A DNA stretch of 64,000 bases from assembly GCA_951406725.2 (NCBI GenBank), contig OX597833.1, positions 25,606,001-25,670,000 of the forward strand. Direction: 5' to 3'. Made by a program: the position numbers and the translations under genes. Numbering within the stretch: the first letter of the stretch is position 1; each line of letters starts with the position of its first letter. The notes below the pieces were generated by a model. The model searched no databases, had not been told where the DNA came from, and was given only the letters and a program-made list of their open reading frames with translations. Shown here in pieces: positions 54,210 to 64,000 of the stretch. Origin of the DNA: Octopus vulgaris (taxonomy: Eukaryota).

Positions 54210-55810
54210 ATTTGATGCAGATTTAGTATTTTCCTGAATGTATGTGGGTAGCGGTTTATTGACCTGTAACCTTAGATATCCACTAGCATTCAATAATCTT
54301 TCAATTGTTCAAATCTTTCTGATAATCTTTCCTGCTCCAAAGAAGCAAACTAATTATTACAGTTTTCATATTCCAAATTATCGCTATTTCAAATTTTACT
54401 GGATTGACGCCTTTCAATTTTTCGACTTTTTTCTTTACTCTACTGGAATCAAATGAACATGCTAGATAAGTCAATGAGCAAATTCGCTTTGTTTCTCTAT
54501 TATTGGTATATCGGGTTTACTATTTTCTTTCTTCTTTTCCGTTTGAACTGGAAAATCTCATAAAATTTTGGATTTTTCCGATTCAAGCACTCTTTCAACC
54601 AAATGATTATACCACGTATTTCTTGATTCAAAGCTTCCAGTGCAAAACATTCACAATTTGGTCATGCCACCATTTCTGATATTCTTCTCGAGCCAACGTG
54701 GTACATTCTGCAACAATATGTGTCATTGTCTCATCCCAAAATTCTACATACTCTACATTTTGCCGTCACGTCTTCCCCATACATATTATTTTCTTAAGTT
54801 GTTTGAACTTGAGTTGCTGTAATAAGGTCCACTGCTTCGTTTTTCAGTTGCCTTATTTTCCAAAACTGACTATGTAAAGGTTTCTCATTAATCTGCTTCA
54901 AATTGTCTCTTCGAACTTCATTCATGTCCTTTTCTTCTATTCCACACTTGATCTCCTGTTCTTTATTCACTACCTTTCACAATTTCTCTGTGTTTTTCTG
55001 TAAATACTCTAGTAAGATTTTTTTCCATCAGTACACATTCTTTCACAGCAGTCAAGCCTCTTCTACCCTGGTCTCTCTTCAAGTACAACCAGTCAATATC
55101 AAATTCCGATTGTGGGCTCCATACATAGGCAATAGCTTTCTAGGGTTTTTTTCTTTGTCATTTCCACAAGTTTCTGTATAACTCTGTCTTTCAAATCTAC
55201 AATTCTAGTTCCATATAACCGGTACAGTATTTTATGAATTCAACCTTGACTGTAATATTTTTCTCTCCCCTTTTACAATCACTACTTATAATTTACTTCA
55301 TCTCCACATGTTTCTGAATAATTATATCTCTGTCCTTTCATTACTGTTCGTCAATTTGGCAGATCAAATATTCAAATATTCCCCATTGCATTATCAATAA
55401 AGCGCACATTTTAATCCCAAATTCCATGATTACATCATTTGGGAAAATGCACACAATATGTAAAACACATCCAAGCTACAATTAATTTTTTGTATAAAGC
55501 TTTACATCATCTGTACCAAAGGGAATAATTTATCTGACCACAAGTCATAAGATATTTTGACTTCTTCTAATATCGAACTGAGAAGTCTAATAGACAATAC
55601 AAATAGTAATGGAGATAATCTATCACCTTGAACTATAAGTTTCATGTTGATTTCCCCAAGTCTTTGTTTTCCTCCAATCAATTCAGTATTTCAGTTTTCA
55701 TACTTTCCTCCATATTTTCTCCCACTCCAAATATTCTCACAGTTTTACTTAGTCAACTGTTTTGTACCGTGTCATATGCTTTTCTGTAATCCGACAATGT
55801 TGTATTTAAT
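54208..55810 (-). mobile_element. Degenerate R4/Dong-like (RLE) non-LTR retrotransposon, RT C-terminal half through 3' end
   Basis: Minus-strand motifs VQGDRLSPLLFVL (RT), TDDVKL (YxDD), KCRVC..ETMTHIVAECTTLAREEY..WHDQIVNVLHWKL (CCHC knuckle and RHD) and WYNHLVERVLESEKSKIL*DFPVQT..NSKPDI (RLE). The 3' end abuts (TAA)n at ~54129-54207. Confidence 0.85.
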
Positions 55811-58458
55811 CCCATCAGTCTCTGTCTATAATTTCTAATTATCATTTTATAAACTAACATATAGTTCGAAATCAAAAGTGCAGTGGAAGGAAAATGAATA
55901 GAGTAAAAGAGGTAAACAACATTGTGATTGAATTTTTAAAATGAACCAAATAAAAGAGGTTTTATGAAACGAATGAAAAGAATATGAGATGGAAAGGGAG
56001 ATTCTACGCAACGTGTGGTAGATAGAGTAAGGGAGCTATTCGTATAAATGATCACACTACAAGATAAGAGGTTGACGAAATTCAAGGAAGAAGATTGAAG
56101 TAATTCAAAGAATAAAAATTAACAGGAACAATGTGAAACAATAGTATCAGAAAGTAATAAGGAAGGGTAAAAGATAAAGAACAGAAAAGGAAGGAAATCA
56201 TTGTCTGAGAATGCTGTAAAGTAAATGATGTGGGGGGTTTTAATAGGGCATGTAACAATAAATGTTGAAGAAAACTTGAGTGATGAAAAGGAGATGCGAG
56301 AAATGCTACGAAGTTAAATGTTTCGTGTGAACAATGGAATGCCACCAAAAGTCAGATAATGGAGAGAGGTAAAGGAAGGAGAGTAAATAGAGTTTTGAGA
56401 TTGATTGCCAGGTAATTGTGGAATCATATTTTTTCATCAGTAGATCCCGTTATCTCTTCAACAGGGATAACAAAGGGTCTTGTTAAGGCTTAGTGAGTAT
56501 TATCTAACTCCTTCCTTCTAGTTTAGCCATAGAGTTAGCAACTTACGGCGGTGCAGCTTTGCTTTCCAAAGAACGGTTTAGTTGATGAAGAGCTGTTCGG
56601 CACAACCCCAGAGGCCTTACTTTGCCTCCGTTTGCTCATCAGCAAGTGATTCTCCAGTTATTTGGACTAATATATTCAAGCAACCCGTGTATATATTTTA
56701 TACATGACATTTCGTTTCAGTACTCACTCCATAGCTCATCTAAATACATTGCATTAAGCATATGCTTTTAGGCTACATTGCTCATCGCTCCTCAAAATGA
56801 CTCTAAATCACCCAGGAATTTTAAGACCTTTATGATATGGTCTTCACACTCAAATTCACTGCTTGGAGGTTTAGTGCAAACTTGTGACTGACGGCTTTTG
56901 GTTTTAGTAATATTCTTTATAATAATTTGTTTTAGGGCAATTTGTTCACCCATTATAATTTTGTTTTTTCATAATTCTCATAAACACTGGACAGTTTGTA
57001 ATGAAGTAGCAAATTGTGGTAAGCGAATGTATTATTCCACTTCGCAGATAAGGATAATGTCGAATTGTTCTATATTTTTTTCTGAGTCAGCCGATATTTG
57101 ACTAGAAAGTGGTCATCCATTTTGTATATGTTTTTCAGTATCATCATTCTATATTATGCTCATCTGTAAGTGAATGATAACCGCAGCACAGTATTCAAAG
57201 ACATTCAATGTTCATAAGTTCGAGTTTGTGACCCCTTCTAGTTGTTCCGTAGCTACTGGTTCCATCGAAGATAACTTCAAGTCGGTAGGATTCATATAGC
57301 AGTTGTTCTCTTATGTAATTGTTTATTAACGAAGATGGAGTCAATTTTGAATTTTGCTGTTAACTGTGCTTTGAGTTATTTATATTCCTCACTCATAAAT
57401 CCAATTTGTTGTTAATATATTATACCGGCATGCACATTTCAGAATAATTCATTTCATTGTTATCGCATTCGTCGTGGCCCATGTTCTTGTGGTCTTCTCA
57501 AGGAGAGAATCCACTTGTTGGTCTGACTCTTATTTACTGTAATATTTCGCTAATCGTTAGGGATAAAAGCAGATTTCATTTTGGAATATTTTAGTTCCAC
57601 TCACTCATCATACTTGTCATACAGTCAGTCAGAAGATCTTTCCTAGAATATATAAAACGTATAGCGGTTTTGGTTCAGTAAAAATGCCCACTGAAATCTC
57701 TCTCGTTGTTCCGTGATTTTTAGTAGCTGATCTCAGTCTCTTGACTTGTAATGGTGTATGGAGTTGCAATCCTACCTGAATACTATTTCAGCTGAGGAAT
57801 GTTTAAGTTCTCTACTAATATATTTCCCGAATTAAACTTTTAAATGAATATGATTTTGCTGAGTTTCAGTTGAAAGCACTGCAGATGTGCTTGAAGTGGC
57901 ACGCCGATCCCATTCAAATTATGTCAATAACTAAATTGTGTACAGGTATTGAATTTCGAAGCTAATTGAAACATATCCTTTTGCATTCTTGGTGAAGGAA
58001 AAATGGGTGAAAATGGCAACTCCTATTTTCTTTCGAGAAGCGCAAATGAGAGCAGAGTCAAATTGTCGAGGTTTCTATTTCTTAAGATCCAATCCAACTT
58101 CTATGTATAGAAGTCTTCATTTTGAGCAATGAGCTGATGCTCTGTGTGATTAATGTGAATATGGAAACCAAGGTGGCATTCTGAGCATGTCGTGTGTCTT
58201 CTATTATCCTCCTTATTGTTGTTTGATAGCATCACAAGGAATAGCTTCTCCACTGTGCTTTTATTGGTTTTGAAGCATTTGATTTTCTTTTCTTAGTTTT
58301 AACATTCGTAAAACATAATGTTTTCTTTACTATACATTGGATAATTATAGATTAGCATTATTAATATTATCATAACTCCAGCATTGTTACAGTGATTTCT
58401 AGATTACATAGCATTAGTAGAGTTAGTGTATTTGGTGAAATTATTGCGAAGTGTTTTT

Positions 58459-58485
<27 letters not shown>

Positions 58486-58497
<12 letters not shown>

Positions 58498-59142
58498 GAG
58501 GGCATTACTATACATAAATGCCACACGCTAGGAGGGAAGCTTAAAGTCAAAACTACCAAAATCAATAAACACATCGTACCGAAAGCGAAGAAATGCAACT
58601 CTCGAAGCTGGCCACTTAAAAACAGAATTCAGCTGCAAATCACATGATTTCATAATTAGTGCAGAAATACACTTTTTAAACGTCAGTCCACGCATAATTC
58701 AAGATTTATAATGAATGAACAAAAATCAGCATACCAGACGAACAACCAATGTATCCAACGTAGAATATAGAAATGTTCACCCTTTATACAACTATGTAAA
58801 TGGCGGGCTTTTACGAATTGCATCTCGGTATAACATGTTTATTCGGAATAAAATTTCATTACTGAATATACTCCGGTTAAATTTATAATTTAAAAATAGG
58901 ATAAAATCTTTATAAGAATTTATCAAGTAGTTAGCGTGAAAAACCTCATAAAAGAAAAATCCACCAATTTAGTTTTGACTTTAAGAGTCCCTCCTAGCGT
59001 GTGGCATTTGTGTATAGTAATGCCCTCTATATAATATAAATAAATATATTTAAGAGAAAAATTGGTTGATTTTTCTCTTATGAGGTTTTTCACGCTAACT
59101 ACTTGATAAATTGTTATAAAGATTTTATCCTAATTTTAAATT
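58486..59142. mobile_element. Probable Penelope-like 3' remnant with two interleaved inverted repeats
   Basis: Pair A: ~58486-58556 vs ~58970-59037 (GAGGGCATTACTATAC..ATGCCACACGCTAGGAGGGA). Pair B: ~58887-58970 vs ~59058-59142. Internal MFIRNKISLLN resembles the PLE endonuclease tail FIxxxxPxLN. Confidence 0.55.
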
Positions 59143-59149
59143 GTACGCG

Positions 59150-59190
<41 letters not shown>

Positions 59191-59600
59191 ATACACATAT
59201 ATATATATATATATATATATATCCAGCCAAATTCACAGAGTAGTAGTACGACGGAGTAGGAGATAGAGTAGTATAAGTGAAGGGAGAGAAAATAGTAATT
59301 CAGTGAAGGTGAAGTAGTGAGGATAATAGCCCTGACTGAGAGAGCGTGAGAAAGTATAAGCAATAAGAAAAAGGAAGTGGCAAAGAGCGCGTCGTATATC
59401 TTCTGTTTTTCTCCGTCACAACATGAATGAGAAAGGAAGGGGAGATAGATGAATATCGAAGGAAGGGATGAATATAATCAGCGTTTCAACTCTGTTTCAG
59501 TATATATGTATATGTATGTGAATGCACAAGGGAAGTATGTGAATGTTTGTATCTGTGATTAGTATGTACCTTATTTCATAACTTATTTGTATATAAAATA

Positions 59601-59819
59601 CAGTAGAACCTCGGTTTTCAAACAACTCTGGTCACAAATAAATCGTACTTTATCTCCTGTCTGTCTCATATTCATTTAATAGAGTAGTACCCCGGTTTAC
59701 GAACGACTCTAATCCCGCACAGCTCGTGCGTTATATATATCTATATCTATCTATGCATGTATATATATATAACACAATTTATTCGTGATCAGAGTTTTTC
59801 GAAAACTGAGGTAGTACTG
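59601..59819. mobile_element. pogo/Tigger-type MITE (219 bp)
   Basis: TA-CAGTAGAACCTCGGTTTTC...GAAAACTGAGGTAGTACTG-TA: CAGT termini and a TA TSD. A third TIR-like copy lies internally at ~59682-59730. Confidence 0.8.
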
Positions 59820-61492
59820 TATTATAATTAGTCGTTATTTTTGACGGCACAGGGTTAGCTAGTATTGAAATAATCACGTTAGTTAGTAGTACAGTATACG
59901 TATTTGATGTGTTTCTTAAATGTGCGTTGTACCTTTGAGATCAGTGACTATAGACTCGTTCAAAAATACATTCTTTCGTCTAAGGAATAGTGACAGGTTT
60001 TACAGTTCTGTGATATTTATATATGTGATGTGCGGAATATACTTTTTCGCTTACGATCATTTCTGCTTTGGTTGAAGTTCGTTCATTTTTTGTTTGCATT
60101 GTGTTATTCTTTGTAGGTGACAAAGTTTGCCATTGTGGTTATTGAATCATCAGCTTTGGTAAAATAATGGAGATATTTGGACACAAGAGGTTTTTTCTTT
60201 CACTAATTATGACTAGCGCTAAGGTAGTAGTGACTGACGGAGGTGGACTGTTTTGTGATGACAATAGGTGTGGCAAAGGTGGAGAGGTTGAAAATGCCGT
60301 AAAACTTTTAGATGGAGGCTTTACGAGAGACAGTAGGAGACCTATTTTTCATTCCAGCGGCAAATATTACTGTTTTCATTATTTATCTCTAGATCATCCC
60401 AGAGTCAGTAGGCATATTATCTGTGAGTATTATGTCCCTTTGCATAACTAGGACTACTTTAACTTACGCAACATTTCTGTTTATGAGTACTGGGCATGAT
60501 TTAAGGGAGATTTGTGTGCTATTTCCGGAAGGTCCAGCTCTACTTTAGAAGTTTACTCATTGGAAAGGAGTAATGAATGTTGTTATTTAGATTCACGGTA
60601 TCTCTAAACGAGCAGAACAAAAAATTAAATGTCGAACTTTACAAATGAGACAATCACCATTTTTATGTAGGCGCAGGATATCTAAGACTATCTTATAGAA
60701 TGTATCATTTCTTCATTTAAACAATCAGGTGTGTGATTTGATTGAAATTTGACTACTATTTCTTTCACGTCGAGGGATGTTACTAGGTAGATAAATTTTA
60801 AAGAACATTGATCTCAAATTTTGGTACGGGGCCAGCAATTTCTGGGGAGGGTGTAAGTCGATTTTATTGATACCAGTTCTCAGCAGCTACATTATCGACA
60901 ACTGAAAGGATGAAAAATAAAGTCCGCTATGACAGAATTTGTATTTGCAATTTCTATAATTTCATCTTCAATTTACTACATCAATTTATAAAGAAACAGG
61001 GGGACGATTTCCCTCAGCAAGAGTTGAATATATTAGAAGCAATTGATATTTTAGAGTCTTAAAGAAGATCGAACCAAGTATTAGAGTTCTAATCTAATTT
61101 CACTCTGTGATTATTCATTTGATACAAGCTCGAAATGGTTTGTTCATCATATATGAAACACAGAGTATTATTCTTGAAATGGTTTATGTTTTTCTTTTCC
61201 ATGTTATATTTTTCTGTTTTTGTTTTTAATAATTCTCTTTTCTTTTTTTTTACATTGGTTTACAAAATACTATTATGTTCAATTTCAAGAGAGAATAATT
61301 TTAGGATAGTTACTTTTAATTCTAAAGGAGTTATAATTTTATAGCCAGATGAAGAAAACTATTATTGACATTCCTAGCATGCTGAGAATCCAATAAAAAG
61401 AATGTTTCTATAGGACAGTACACAGACTCACAGACACAGAGTGACAAACACGCACGCATGCTCACACTCACGTTCACACACATATATATATA

Positions 61493-61612
<120 letters not shown>

Positions 61613-62239
61613 AAGACATGCATATATATATATGTGCATATATATATATAATATGTTATATTATATGTGTGTGTGCTTTCGTGCCTACGTGCATGTGTGT
61701 TTAATACATATGCATTTGTGTATATGTATGTATTTAAAGAGAGAAAGATATATATATAGAGAAAGAGAAAGAAAGAGAGACAGACAGACAGTGATTATTC
61801 TTTGTAATAGTATTTATGCTAAATTTCAAGAACCCGAGGTTACACTTTGACAAAAATCAATAGTTTCTAAGTACAATTATAATCACAAAAGACACTCTGT
61901 CATTAGAGCTGACGAGAGTGTAGAGTGAGATCACAGATAATATGAGATGTTCACCACGTGCATGCGTAAGGGGAAATAATTATTCGAAGTTGATTGCTTT
62001 GATTATCTCCCTTATTACAGTGTAGCACCAAAAATTATTTGAATTTGTTTTCGAGTCCCAACGCAACAATAAAAATCATGCAAATAACTTTAAAATAAGC
62101 GACAAAGGATAAGATGAGAGAAAATACTTATTACAGGACGGAATGAAAAAGCTGTATATGTAATCATAGCTGGCCATTCTAGACAGAGCAGATTGATATT
62201 ATTAATATTTCTCTTGCCCTTTTATAAAATATTAGAATC

Positions 62240-64000
62240 AATGCGTAAAAGCGAATATGAAAGATGGTATACAGAATGAGATGCAAAAATAATAGTATTT
62301 TGGGCCAAATACTTCATCCACGTATGAGGAAAGATGATGGCATGCACACACTGTTACATGGATACGTTGCCTGTTACTGATATCATTTGCCGTTGACTTA
62401 GCTTTTCTGTGATGTAAATTTTCCATTTGCTACATCGACCACTATAATTATTTGTACTCGGAATGATATTGCATTTTATAAGCGGGTTTTTCCATGCTCC
62501 ATATGAATAAAAACAGTAAAGTACTATAGTTCTGTTTCTAAACGAGATAGTGTGTTGTACAAATCTGTTCTTCAAGGTATTCCTTGCTAATCCAATGCAC
62601 ATACATAATGTTCTGTCATAAACGACTGTTGACTGCAATAGTTCATTCAAGCATCATTGTGGAAATATCTCACCCATGCTTTGTGGTTTAATATTTGCAT
62701 AACTATGTTGAATAGGCAACAGTAGCTAACATTTTAATACATATATGTTAAAGATTTTATAGTATCTATGTGCTGATGGAAAGCGATTATCGATTACTAA
62801 GTTAAATCTTGCTAATGCAACATCATAACGGACGGCATTTCTGTTAAGAGTGTTTTTATTCTGAGGAAAAGTTACTAAATACATTGTTTAATATTACTAG
62901 TGAGTTGTTTAATGGATTTGTTAAATGGTGAGATATATTTACAGAGATAATTTATTCATTAAGGGTGTGAAAAGGACAATATTTACCTGTAGGAAGCGTC
63001 GGTTTTATGTCTATGCAGCTAACTATTTCGAGTTTGTTTTGAACAGTAATTTTCAGGTTAAGATATGCAAATATGTTTATAGGCTCTTCCCAATATTATC
63101 TGTATCCTATACGTTTCTGTTGTGCACTTCTCCAGATACTTGCATCAGCATAATCCTATGTTACATCGTTAAATTCCTGATTAAGAACGAATAAGCCTAA
63201 TAGAGCTGCAACTTTCGACACATCGTTGCTTTTCATTGAAACATCAAAGATTTCGTTAGCATTTTTATTCATCAATTTTTTTTTCAATGGACAATCATCA
63301 ATAATAATAAGGTTGTTTTTTCTTTGGTATTCATAGTTATGCTAATGTCGGAGCTGTCGATTGTGGCTTACTGCATGTTGAATGCAAGGGCATAAATCAC
63401 GAGATCTTTCAAATGTGAAGGTTTCATATTCTATAGGATCAAACTCTATGCAAGTACAAGTGGGGTTTTTATTTATATGCTTAACACTTTCAATGGTGGT
63501 GCAGTTGTAAATCTATTGAAGCAATTTGGAAACGGCTCTTATTTGTAGAATAACCTCATCTTTTGATTCTTCTATACCTGATATCTATAGCAAAATTTGT
63601 GGATTTTATTAATCTAGGGTGAACTGACCTTGTAATTTTTCAGTATCACAATTCTTTTGCAAGAGTTGAAGCTTTATACAGGTTTGTTTATTGTTCAGAT
63701 TGAAAGTCAAGTCATTTGTCTTGTCATTAATAATACTGGATATTCTAGGACTATTCTTTCCTTTTACATCGTGATGTAACCTCCAAATAGTTTATTGTAT
63801 GAACTTCACTCTCCATCGTATGAGGGTTATTCTTATGTCAGTTTTTATATTGCCGTTGGGAGTGTTTGGGAAGGTATGTAGTAATATTGGAGCTATTTTT
63901 GAATTAAAGATTTTGTGTAATATCATATGATCTTGAAATCTGTCTAGTTCTTATATGTGTGAGAGGTTTTTACAAGATTTAAAATCAAATTGTTCTCTGT
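62240..64000 (-). mobile_element. Degenerate Penelope-like element (RT plus GIY-YIG endonuclease)
   Basis: ORF 62354..62650 (VVY..CIGLARNTLKNRFVQHTISFRN..YSGRCSKWKIYITEKL) resembles the PLE GIY-YIG domain. An SYDG..EV segment at ~63805-63840 resembles MGSYDGAEV of PLE RTs. Heavily mutated and runs off the window end. Confidence 0.6.

Noticed and set aside
55900-58300. Further heavily decayed LINE-like sequence next to the R4/Dong remnant
   Set aside because: Only vague motif traces (such as PPW); family and boundaries cannot be supported by eye.
60167-60451. 94-aa non-repetitive ORF
   Set aside because: No recognisable motif, no phase-compatible partner exon, and a length compatible with chance.

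Overview
AT-rich, microsatellite-saturated eukaryotic DNA. The SINE families and the (TA)n/(ATAC)n/(AAT)n load look like a coleoid cephalopod (Octopus-like) genome, which is an inference from repeat content. Almost all ORFs in the supplied track are translated microsatellites. The best-supported gene is a three-exon plus-strand model (15675-15813, 20403-20736, 25464-26046) with phase-compatible GT-AG introns, encoding a 351-aa coiled-coil protein I do not recognise that ends in KNNKVHPGDEDD. A weaker, divergent two-exon minus-strand model (8421-8342, 3982-3754) encodes 102 aa. The rest is transposon relics: a full-length dead mariner, an internally deleted mariner, several MITEs and foldbacks, R4/Dong-like RLE retrotransposon fragments sitting in (TAA)n tracts, an RTE fragment, Penelope-like fragments (one with inverted hammerhead-ribozyme motifs) and at least three tRNA-derived SINE families. 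I found no multi-gene novel system. The most notable signals are RNA-structural: an inverted SINE pair bracketing exon 2, an intronic foldback, paired hammerhead motifs and a ~303-bp spacerless palindrome.
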